Positions 27,525 to 38,820 of a stretch of DNA of 64,000 bases are shown in pieces. The position numbers and the translations under genes were made by a program. The stretch spans positions 1 to 64,000 of the forward strand of contig JAAILG010000910.1 in assembly GCA_012026655.1 (NCBI GenBank). The letters run 5' to 3'. Source of the DNA: Hydrolagus affinis. Its lineage: Eukaryota. Each line of letters begins with the position of its first letter. Position 1 is the stretch's first letter. The notes beneath the pieces were generated by a model. That model ran no database searches and was not told the origin of the DNA. It saw only the letters and a list, made by a program, of their open reading frames with translations.

Positions 27525-27618
27525 CTTTGTGCCACACATGTAGTATTTGCAGCAGTGATTTAAGGCTGAGCCTTTATGCCACACATGTAGTATCTATAGA
27601 CGTGATTTAGAGCTGAGT
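27525..27618. repeat. Diverged tandem duplication, 47 bp x2
   Basis: ctttRtgccacacatgtagtat...gtgattta..gctgag starts at 27525 and again at 27572. Confidence 0.85.
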
Positions 27619-28815
27619 CTCAGGCACACAACTGCAACCACTTTGCAATTTGCATGAGTGTTCCTCCACCCCCAAATTCACTTGCTTCAGTCCAACACCA
27701 TGCTCATTCACTCTCTCACTTTGTCCTTCACCTTACCATTGCTATCTGTTTTACTGCCAAGTTTCCTTCTCCCCTTGCACTCTCCCTCCACTGCCTACTA
27801 GTTTCCTTCTGCTCCAGGATGTTTTACACTTCACTCTCTCTCATTTTTACTTCTCCCTCCCTCTTCTCATCTAGCCATTTGCATCTCTCTGCCTCTTTTC
27901 TTTTTCTTTCACATTGCTTCCCGACATCAATATCATCTCAGAGAAACAAAATTAGTCTGAATAACACTGGCTTGCAATGGAATAACTGAGCAGTTTGATC
28001 ATTCCTCCTCAGGTGCAGCAATACAAGACGCAAGTTTTGTCAAACACCCTCTTTAACTCCATTAGTACTCAGGGGAGGAGTGGGGGATGGAGAAAAATGT
28101 GGAGAATAATAATCAGGGAGATTATAAAAATTACAAGCAGTATACATTTCACTGTTAAAACAAAAGCTTAAAAATGGGTGACAGTTTAAAAAGAACAGAT
28201 ACTAATGAAGGGGTCATGATGATCCTTGCATTTGATATAATGTATTAGCATTTGGTAAACTATAGGAGAGAATTTATTTCTTGAAATAGCCACAGAAGTA
28301 CTTCAGGCCTTTAGCGCTCATGATTAATATATTCCAATGCCATCTTTCGTAATGCGGCATTCCCTGACATGTGTTGTCTCACATGCTTCTTCAAATTGTC
28401 CCAACAATGTTGTTCTTTTTATTTATAAATAAGATTTGAGCACTTAAAGAACTACTGATATTGTTAACCTTGCCATTGGCTTCTCACTGTGAATCTACAA
28501 CATTATACATCTGCTCAGAATAGCTCTAGTGCAGCAATCCAATGATGTACTGCAAACTGTGTTTTAAAGCTCTGTGAAAGTACAGTACTGTATAAGGATT
28601 GTATGAACTTCTATAAACTACTAATCTGACAACCTGCACCTTCCTAGGCCTTTATTCATTTTGTTTCCAAATTAACAAATATTTATTATCCCAACTGTAT
28701 CTAAACCATTTGATGATTGAGAACCTTTGACTCGCAATAAAAAAAAGTTTGAAATAATTTAACTATCATAATTAAAGTTAACAATAGATCGTTAAGGGCA
28801 GCATAGTTTACTTAC

Positions 28816-28869
28816 TGAAAAGTTCAGTGCTTTTCTTCTCTCCTTTATTCTTTTGATTGTACTCCTTAC
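28816..28869 (-). CDS. ADGRD-like exon encoding helix 8, VRSTIKRIKERRKALNFS
   Basis: 54 nt, phase 0-0. Acceptor tccttttgcag|GTA, donor TCA|gtaagt. Continues NTE-VR as a basic amphipathic helix. Upstream intron is 12,022 bp. Confidence 0.92.
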
Positions 28870-30937
28870 CTGCAAAAGGATATAAACAAGATGATTTCAG
28901 CGTTCATATTTCAACTGGAAACCTCAGCCATCTTTGAACGAACACTGTGTGCCTTCAGAAACGATACTACAGCTAACCGATTGCACTCGTCTAAATAGAA
29001 TGACATTTTCCCATTGGGATCACGGAAGGATGAAGCAAGAGCTGAGAGGAAAGTAATGTTTAGCAGGGAACGACCCTTTGCTACTATGAAATGTAACATT
29101 TTCTTGCAACAACCTAAAACTATAAGAGCAGCAGCAAACAACGGATGTTTACCATGTAATTGAGTAAATAAATACCATTAACTAAACTCATCAGTTGTAC
29201 CTAATAATCCATTAACCTTGTTTTATATAGGAAAGCTATAGCACTAACCAATCAGGTAAAGTCCTCTAGCATGCAGGGTAATGAGCAAAACTTTGCATCA
29301 AAGAAGGAAAATCAGATGCATTTTACAATATCAGATTTAACCAGAATCACAGTGTTATCGGTTAAAAAAAACACAGAATACTGTTTATATATAACTAAAT
29401 AACAAAAATCATTTTGAAGTTTCAAAATGATTTTTGTTATTTCATTATCTATAAAAAGTAAATGAGATGAGTTTAAAGATTGTAGCTGAAAGAGAAGATC
29501 CAAATCTATTTAATAATAAAATATTTCCTTCTCCCTCTCTTTCGCTTACTTTACAGAGTGCACTAAACTCTCCTGTATCATTTAAATCCAGGGACGCTTC
29601 TCTCCTGTTAATGTAAAATGCATTATTCATTCTGTCAATCTAATTAATCAAAACAATAATCCAACATTAATTTTTAATAGCCATGCAATCTCTACCCTTT
29701 TGGGAAAATAAAAAATCTCCTTCTAGGCTTGTTTCAGCAATTATTTTCATTCATATTATGACATTCAGGTTACATGTATAAATGGGGAATAATTAGGGTC
29801 CCATTTTATTTACTGATCCGTTGACTGATAATATAAAAATGAATACACAATGCTGAACCACAAAACCGTACGTTTTAAAGAAAAATAACAGCAGAATTAG
29901 AAATCATAAATAAAAACAGTGAACCATGCAAGGGAGAAAATTGAACTTGACATATCGAGTGTGAAAGCTGAGGAGATGGCTGCTTTGGTCTCTCTCTAAG
30001 CGTTCATGTGTCACAGACAGCTCACCGTCGCACTCAATTCACAAGGCTTGTGTACTCGGATATTGACACAAGGTTAGAACTTGTAGCTGAACAGATTGAA
30101 GTTGCGTGTATCCAGCCAAAGACTTGGCAGCAGTTAATGAACAGGAACAATAGGCTGTGTGCACATGCAGGTTAACGGCTGCAGTGAAACACTTCATATT
30201 GCATCCTCATGATGCCACACCTGTCTGAGTTTACAAAAGCAATTTATCCCACATCCATCTAAACCAAGTGGCATTCATTTCTTGTCTACACTGTATACTA
30301 TTCCTGTAAGAACTATACCTTTTTTTCTCCCTCCCTGGTGTTTTCATACATGACTACTCTCTCTCTCTCTCTGGAATAGAGAGTTGGGATTAGGAGCAGA
30401 AACTCACATGAAGAGATAGTAAAACAATATCAGTTATTGTTTGTGACGTCTAATACTCTGGCGTCAGGGGAAACCACTAGCCTTGGCAACGAAAGGATGG
30501 TAATGTATCCTTTATCAGCCAGGATGGTTTGAGTGTATTGTGCAGTATTGTGGAACCAATAAGTGAACTACAAACCTTGGCACTGTGAATTTCTAATAGA
30601 TTTTGCCCTTATAAACTTAACTCTACCAAGATCTGTACCTTTTCTAACCCATGTTGTGGCAATGCAAACAGATGTGTTGAAACACCTTAGTTAGAACTAT
30701 TCCTCAAACTAAAGAAATCTGCAGATAATGGGAAATCCTTGATTGGAGTTAAATCTGAACAGTTTGGAAATACTGTACCGACATATTTTGTAACATTTAT
30801 TGCACTGCTATCTTTTGAGGGGGGGAAATTGTTACAAAGAAATTAAAAGCATTGTCAACACAAACACTTAGAAGAATACCAGTGCTTAAAACATTAACCT
30901 GCTAAGATCACTACAAAATAGTTCTCAAAAAGATATA

Positions 30938-31268
30938 CAGGTATCCCTCCCCAACCGCGGGGGATATGTTCCTCTAAACCTCCGCGGTTGGTAAAATCGC
31001 GGTTGGAAAATGAACGGCCCTATGGGAAACATGGAGATAGAGGAATAAGTAAGTTTGCATTTCGTAGAACTAAACACAAAAAAAAACACATACAGTTATA
31101 ACATACATGGGGATAGAGGGAGTAAGTTTGGGTGCATCTGTAACAATCCGCGAGGCTGTCTGACTGACTGACTGATCGAAAGAGAGAGAAAGAGAGAGAC
31201 ATATACGGAGGGTGGGGGTGGTGGTGGGGAGTTGACATGGAGGGCTGGGGGTTGCTGTCTGACTGATC

Positions 31269-31305
<37 letters not shown>

Positions 31306-31922
31306 ACGGAGAAGGTGTTGTGGGTGACACCGAGGGTTGTTGGGGTTGTCTGATTGACTAATCAAGACACAGAGAGAGAGGGGAAGTGGGTGGTGGGGCT
31401 GTCTGATTGACTAATAAAGAGACAGAAAGAGAGGGGGAGTGGGTGGTGGGGGGAAGAGAAGGTGAAATAGAGAGAAGGTGAGAGAGAAAAGGGGGGTGGG
31501 GGAGGGGGCTGTTGGGGGGTAGAGAAGGTGAAATAGAGAGAAGGTGAGAGGGAGAACTGGGGTGGGGGAAGAGAAGGTGAAATAGAGGGGTGAGTCAGAG
31601 AAAGATACAGTTACACACAGAGAGAGATTGCAGAGAAGCAACAATAAATTCATGTTACTGTATTTACCTTAATCCTAAAAGAGAAGCGTTGTCACTGGTT
31701 GATAGCAACATCGCAACTGGGTCCTAGCACTATACGCTAGCGTGAAGCGATATCAAGGCTGCTTGATGCAACTGGGTCCTAGCGCTAAACGTTAGTGTTA
31801 GTGTTAAAATCCGTGGATAAGCAAGAGTTATAAGCTGTGGTTAGCAAGGGTTGTCATATTTAGCAAACCATGGATGCATGAGTTTCACGGTTGACGAGGC
31901 TGCAGTTGGGGCGGGATACCTG
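30938..31922. mobile_element. Non-autonomous Tc1/mariner (Tigger/pogo-like) DNA transposon, 985 bp
   Basis: TA|CAGGTATCCCTCCCCAACCGCGG ... CTGCAGTTGGGGCGGGATACCTG|TA: terminal inverted repeats of about 23 bp with a TA target duplication, subterminal CGCGGTTGG repeats and no transposase ORF. Confidence 0.88.
31155..31595. repeat. (GA)n microsatellite and G-rich minisatellite inside the MITE
   Basis: (GA)n near 31273-31300. Units ggggaagagaaggtgaaatagag x3 and gctgtctgaYtgact x4. Confidence 0.85.
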
Positions 31923-33189
31923 TACTGTATGTGAAGTACCTTCTTTGTACCCAGGAGGCAAATATGATGTATCATGCCTGAATTTTTGCTCCCAGCTGAA
32001 GGAACATTAAAAATATCTCTGACAAAGGTTAGCTTAGCATACATTCCATTGAAAAAACAATTGCCATTATAATGAGCTTCCTGCTTGAAGCTGTATCCTT
32101 TTTGTTTGTCCTACTGGGGTTTCTGTATTGTCCTAAATCTGTATACTGTATATGATTTTGGCTTTAGTCCATTACCAAAGATGGATTAGCGGAGTGTTCT
32201 CCTTCAAATATAATTATTGACTAATGATCATTGGACAAGGATAAATTTGGTTTAATTTTGTGTCATGCTCGTCATTTATTATAATAATAATCGCTGCATT
32301 TCATTAGACATCACATCCTTGAAACGTCTCAAAGTGCTTCATTTATTAGCCAATTCATTGGATGCAGGTTAAACTATGACCAAGCTGAATCAATCACTTG
32401 AATTCCAGTCAAACTATGGGAACTCCACTCCAGAAATAGATCTCAACGGAGCAAAGTTCCAATTGGTCAGCAGATCTTTATCCTGATTTCCAGAAGGAGT
32501 GCCATTTACACAATTCCTTATTAAGAAATCTTGTTTAGAAATATTTAAAGTCAGAAACCTCAGAAGTACTTTTCTTGAAAACATAGACTTTCCTCTCGTT
32601 TAGGTTACGTCAGAAAATCACACCCACCATCATTGTAAGATTGTAACAGAACCTAAGAATTGGTAGAAAAGTAATGAGAGAATTTCAGTCTTTGTTCTGA
32701 TCTGCTCCTTCCAGTTCTTACTGGCAGTCATAACAGGATCTTTGATGAAGCATTTACCACTAAACTAGTTTGGCTGTGACAGAATTTAAAAGGGTAAAAT
32801 AAATTTGCCAATTTACTAAATAGAACTGACAAAATGCTGTTAAAATAGACAAAATAATAAATACATTATCATAATTTTTTATATACCACAAGTTTATAAC
32901 AATGCTAATGTACAGTATTTGGTAAAGAGAAATTAATTTGTTAAACACAATTTTATACTGGTTTTGAAAATAACACAAGGTCAAGGTGACATTGATCAGC
33001 TCTGAAAAGGTTCAAGATCGTTGCACCTCAAAGTTTCACATATGGTCACTAAATATGTTATTCTTTGTAATTCTCAGAACTAAAACTAGCAAATGTTACA
33101 TCAAAGGCACAGGAGATCTATCTGGTGGTGAAGAGTAGAATGGTAAATCTACAGCACTCAAAGCTCAGTGTGATAGCTTTGATGTTGAA

Positions 33190-33720
33190 TGTCAACCTGG
33201 CTCAGTTGAGGCACTCTCACCTCTGAATCAGAAGGTTGTTGGGTTCAAGTCCTACTTTGGTCCGTGAACTCACATAGTCATGGTTACACTCCAATTCAAT
33301 GCTGGCAATCTGCTGCCTTGTTGAAAGTGCCGTCCTTTGGATGAGATGTTTAACCTGGGTCCTTTCTACCTGTTCGGATGGATGTTAAAGACTCCATGGC
33401 ACAACTAGAAAAGTGTCCTGGCTCCTGATGTCCTGAGCAACAATCAATTGGTGATCAGGGCTTCAGCCGCACTGCCCCCACCCACTGAAAAACCATCCCT
33501 CCGCCTCACACCCTCCCTTGCTTGCTTGCTTCAAGACCCGTCTCAAGATCCTTCTCTTCAACCATGCCTTTGGTCACCCTCCTACCCCTATCCTCCTCAC
33601 CCTCCACCCCTACTGATACCAACCACTAGCTCAGGTGCGGATCCCTGACTGGGTCCATCACCTTGGGATGTCCTCCTGATATGAATAGCGCTAAACAAAT
33701 GTAATTTGTTGTTGTTGTCC
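33190..33720 (+). mobile_element. Deu-domain SINE 5' part (33190-33445) joined to an L2 3' fragment (33455-33718)
   Basis: tRNA-like head gctcagttg...gggttcaagtcc and Deu motif tttggatgagatgtttaacc, then the L2 tail ccttgggatgtcctcctgat...aaatgtaatttgttgttgttg. Confidence 0.78.
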
Positions 33721-34050
33721 TTCCTTTCATGCCTTTTCATGCCTTTTCATTTACTGTCCAAATCGGTTACCACATTTGCTATAGTACTGCACTTAACAAT
33801 AAATCCTTGAAACGCTTTACTGATATCCTGATGTATATTGGTGCTATATCAAATGCAAGCAATATTGTATCATATACTATATTATTCATTATGTTTTTAT
33901 GACCCATCAGTAATCAGCTTTGGTATTTAAAGAAATATAGTCATCTCTGCCCCATTATTACCCTTGAATGGAAGCAGGAGTGCTCTGAATTTCTCATGCT
34001 ATCCTGTTCCTAATGGACAGTGAATATTCTACTCTGTTGCTTCTGCAGAA

Positions 34051-34096
34051 GTAGTTTTAAGTACAGAGCACTGTAGTTTTAAGTACAGAGCACTGT
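34051..34096. repeat. Perfect 22-bp tandem duplication
   Basis: gtagttttaagtacagagcact x2. Confidence 0.95.
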
Positions 34097-34242
34097 TGAT
34101 AGGTGGTCTGATGGCAGCCTGTAAAGAAATCAACTGCACTAAAACAGCTAGTTTTCCCAACATTCATTCCACAGCCCTCTGCAAATTGATTGATTGATTG
34201 ATTGATGTACATGTTATGATTACTCACCAGAACCCACCACCA

Positions 34243-34646
34243 AATAATAATAATAATCCGTGCATTTGATATATCATATTTTCACACCATTGAGACGTCT
34301 CAAAGCGCTTCACCGAACATTTCAATAACTTGCCCATGTCTGCTCAGTCAGACATGTAATAATAATAATAAAACTATTATAAAGCCCCTAAAATACTCAG
34401 AAACATCCAGACCAGTTGGTAACGCTGTCATGGTAAAACTTGTTCCATATCCATACCTTAAAAAAATAATAAATTGGTCATTTTCAATCCATGACTATTT
34501 GTGGGACACTGCTGTGGTCAATTCGTTCCACATTTTGTCCACAAATACACAGTCAATTCACTTTACAATATATTCTGTAAAGTGCTTTGAGACGTTTAGA
34601 AGATGTGAAAAGCACTATATCAAATGCAAGGATGATTATTATTATT
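34243..34646. mobile_element. Two SINE 3' fragments in opposite orientation (34243-34320 on -, 34460-34646 on +)
   Basis: Both carry the family tail and point away from each other. Confidence 0.82.
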
Positions 34647-35119
34647 AAAATTCTTTGACACTGCAACCAAAAGTAACATAAACAGTCCTTAGTATCCATC
34701 CTGCCGGCTGATCAAGGAAAGAAATCATTTTTAAGTTCTTACATACAGGTATGTTTCATAACAGAGCAAAATTAAATGTTAAAATGTGATCAAGTAATGT
34801 GGTGTTTATAACTTATTTATTGATCTGTGTCCATAATTTGGTTCTCATAATTCAACAGGCAGGTAAAACTTCCATCAAGCAAGTGCATTATACATTAAAA
34901 ACATGAGGTAATGGATATCCATCAACAGCACAAACAATATAAAACTTAATGGTGTAGACTACTTTAACACAACATGAATGATGTGCATTTTCCTGCTAAG
35001 ACCATTGGATGCCTAAAAGCTTGTCTACTGTTAAATTTACAGTATGTTTAAATGTGAAGGACCATGATCCATGCAACAATCAAAATCTACTGTACTAAAA
35101 TTTGCCATCTCTGTGTCTT

Positions 35120-35430
35120 AATAATAACAGTCCTTGCATTTGATATAACATCTTATCACATCCTCGAGAAGTCTCAAACTGCTTCAGCAATGACCCACAA
35201 ACGGTCGGGGATTAAGTGACCAAATTATTATTATTTATCTATTTGAATGGACTATTACTCCCAGAAAAGTGATTCACCAATCAACCAAAAACTGTATTTG
35301 AGACTAACTGCTCAGTAAACAGAGGCATGTAGAGTAAGGAAACTTACCCAATGTTTCACCTGGCAGATAATCGCACCCAGGTCCGCTCGCTTGCAAAGCC
35401 AGTCGTCTAACCAATACGCTACAGGACTCA
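35120..35430 (-). mobile_element. SINE family A copy
   Basis: Tail tccttgcatttgata, body gtaaacagagg...gagtaaggaaac, head ctaaccaatacgctacaggactc. Confidence 0.82.
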
Positions 35431-35729
35431 AGTAATCTCAACTAGTATTCTTGTATTTGGGATACATTGAATTACAATTACATCTTGTTGGCATCCACTT
35501 AAAACTGTGGACAATAGACTAATTTAATTTTCACATCTGTGTTAGTATAAATGTGATGGATGTTATTCCTTTGCAGACGCTCACTGGTAAGCCATCAACC
35601 TCAGGTAAAAACATCCAATAATTTACTAATTATTAGAGCATCAAGAGTGAAGGGTACATGCTAGCAAACGGTACTAATAAACAAACCTAATCCATGGTGA
35701 GTATGAATGCAGACGTGAATAAGTTCTTT

Positions 35730-36815
35730 CTAACAAGCTAAGGCCCAACACTGTGCAGACTGGTAAAATAGGCAGACCAGTAGCAGATTAAGTTTAATGT
35801 GGATAAATGCAAATTGATGCATTTTGGAAGGAAGAATGTGGAGAGGCAACATAAGCTACATTGTAAAATCTTAAAGGGAGTGAAGTAACAGAGGAACCTG
35901 GGGCATCATATAAATAAATCATTGAAGGTGGCAGGATAGGTAGCTAAAAAGTTCACCTCCTTTCCTTCCAAACTCCCCAATCCTGACGCCAGCTCAGTTC
36001 CGAAACACTGACTATCGAAAGCCTTGGGGTGTCCTCCCAACATTAGGCGCTATACAAATGTAATTTTGTTGCTGTTGTTGTTGTGTCGTTTAATTAGCAT
36101 ATGGGATACTAGACTTTATAAATAGAGGCATAGAATGCAAAAGTCAGGAAGTTACGATGAACCAATATAAAAGACTAGTTAGGCCTCAGCTGGAGTACTG
36201 TTTTCAGTTGTGTGATCACATTAGGAAGGATGTCAAAGCATTGGAGTGGGTGCAAAGTAGATTTACCAGGATGGTACCAGGAATGAGGAATTTCAGTTAT
36301 CAGGAGAGGCTAGAAAAATTAGGATTATTCTCCTTGGAGCAGTGAAAGTTAAGAGGAAATTTAACAGAAGTTTTAAAAATTATGAAGAGATTCGATAATT
36401 GGGACGTGACGTGAAAGGCGCTCACGTCCTCCCGACGTGAAAGGCACTCTATAAATGTAATTTGTTGTTGTTGTTGATAGGGTGAATAAGGAGAAACTAT
36501 TTCCATTGGTGAGGGGGTAGTAACCTGAGGACACACATTTAAAATAATTGTTAAAAGAAACAGAGGGTAGGTGAGGAGAAATGTTTTCACACAGCAAGCT
36601 TTTTGGATTTGGAATGCATTGTCTGAAACGATGGTGGAAGACAATTCAATAACAACTTTTAAAAGACAAGTAATTCGTTATTTGGGGAGGACAGGTTTGC
36701 AGGGCTATGAGGAGCGAGTGGAATTGATTTGGACAGCTCTTATCAAAGAGCCAGATCAGACAAGACAAGCCGAATGGCTTCCTTCAGTGCTGTATAATTC
36801 TATGACTCTATGATC
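35730..36815 (+). mobile_element. CR1 LINE 3' ~1 kb (ORF2 C-terminus and 3' UTR) with two nested L2-end insertions
   Basis: ORF-track peptides YKRLVRPQLEYC...VQSRFTRMVPGM...ERLEKLGLFSLE and FTQ..IWNALSE..V...SITTFKR are CR1 ORF2 motifs. Tail attctatgactctatga. Confidence 0.93.
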
Positions 36816-38695
36816 TGTAAGTGTTTTCTTTCAAGTTGCGCAATGGGTCTGTCTGGTATATGGAAAACATACAAGTCTTTACATCAAAAAGGGATCAGGA
36901 TTGATTCATCTTAATAACGCCGATATGTTAAATAATGAGTGCAATAGTTAAAACAGATCCAAATGGCTACTATTCTCTGCAAGATAGTCTAGACAACTGG
37001 ATTTCCCCCCCCAAGATAATACAGTAGGTGCTTCTTAAACACTGAAGCAGCTTGCTTGTACAAACATGTCTGTGTTTAGTTTTCTCGTTCTGTACAATTA
37101 TTCTTTTGGATTAATTGGATCTTCTGTCATAAGGGCATTTTATCTCAGTTATGCATGCTTATCTAGGTGCCCCAGATACCAGATTTATGCGATCTGCATG
37201 GAACTGCAACCAGAAAGGAAACAATTGCAGCTGTGAGTGACATCATTCTCTCCTTACAAACAAAATGGACCTTTCTGACCCTTTTCACTCATGTGAGTAT
37301 ACACCATAGCATTTCCGTCCCCTTGTTGTAGGTGCCAACGGCCACTTGAAACCTCAGTGGAAGAGGTATACAGGCCAGGTTGTCCAAAAATAAAAAGAAT
37401 CAACATGTTCGTGTTCTCTTTCATCTGCAAACATAAATGAATACAAGACCCAACATATTGCACACCGAGAATTGACTTGTGTCTAATAAAAGACAGAACG
37501 CCACTAGGATAAGAAATGTCCACCACACAAAAGATCGATACTGGTCTGTACAGAACTCTCTCATTACGTGCAGAGGTCTCACATAGGTTTGCACTGTTTA
37601 TGGGACATGCACCATATTTGCTACGACATAGTTATGCATGGGTGTGTGCTATTTTCTATGCCTATTTTACCCATCTGAAATGCTAAACAAATGCAAACGG
37701 GATCTAGTATCATCAATCAAGTATATCCAAGCAAATAGCCAATGCTCTGCTATGACAGACAATGAGTGTACATAGTTTATATCTGCAAGAGCTGGGACTC
37801 AGATATACTCAAGCCACCAGATATGAATAAACTGGCAAGTTTGTCTTTGCTATAGTGTGTAATTAATCAGAACATTGAGAACTCTTGGTTCAAATCCCAG
37901 AGAATCTTCTCTTTATTATTTCAAGGTCAATAAAATCCATATCAAAAGAGAAGCTAAAGTGAACGTAAGATGAGCCTTCACAAGGATGAACTGATTAAAA
38001 AGAAAACTGCAGGTCCACAGGTACAATACAAAGTTACATTTGTACTGTACAATGCCATTCATGTCAGGAAGATGTCCTAAGGTACTGGAGTGTCAGGGAT
38101 TTGTACGCAAGCTAGGGGTCGGGATCAAGGAGGATGGAGGACAAACTTGGGTTCAGATATTATCCTTTACCCAGATCCCTGATTAGTAAACTGGCCCTGG
38201 AAGGGCAAGTAGCATATTACCAGGTTAGATATTTGACTAAACACGCACTGAATTGTGTACAAAAAGAATAAAACAGTCAAGAAAAAAACAAAGCACGTTT
38301 TTAAAAGAATTACAAATGTTAAAACATGTACTGAACCATAAGATGTCTGTGTTTTAATTCCAGTAATTGTGTCACGAATACTTTAGTACCATTCTGCTTC
38401 CAGCTGTCAGTTTAGCTCAGAAATGAACAGACAAGTCCAAAACTATAGCATCAAAAGAAACTTCTGCTGTCCTATTTTTTAAAATCACTACTCATCACTA
38501 TTACTGATAAGGAGAGAGGCGTTTTTACTAACTAAATGTTAAAATAAACTGTCGCATGGCAACGTGAAACATATCGGACAACTTCTTAACTTGTACAATT
38601 TCCAGAGACAAGACAATGGCAGAGAATAGTAACCCTAACAAACATGATGACAGATGAAAACATCCAGCCACTCCTGCAAATATTAACATGGAAAA

Positions 38696-38820
38696 GAGTG
38701 ATTTCAAGGCTGTAATCTAATCTTGGGGTTCAGATGGCATTTATAAACCACTCAAGCTTCACTCTCGTGGTTTATGATGTCATCTGGCCTCTCGGTTGGA
38801 TTACAGCCTTGTAATCACTC
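38696..38820. repeat. Imperfect palindrome, arms of about 55 bp with a 15-nt spacer
   Basis: Left GAGTGATTTCAAGGCTGTAATCTAA...CAGATGGCATTTATAAACCAC versus the reverse complement of the right arm GAGTGATTACAAGGCTGTAATCCAA...CAGATGACATCATAAACCAC. Confidence 0.9.

Noticed and set aside
31020-31653. Pro/Leu/Ser-rich ORFs as a transposase
   Set aside because: They are translations of the GA- and G-rich repeats, with no DDE/DDD or HTH motif.
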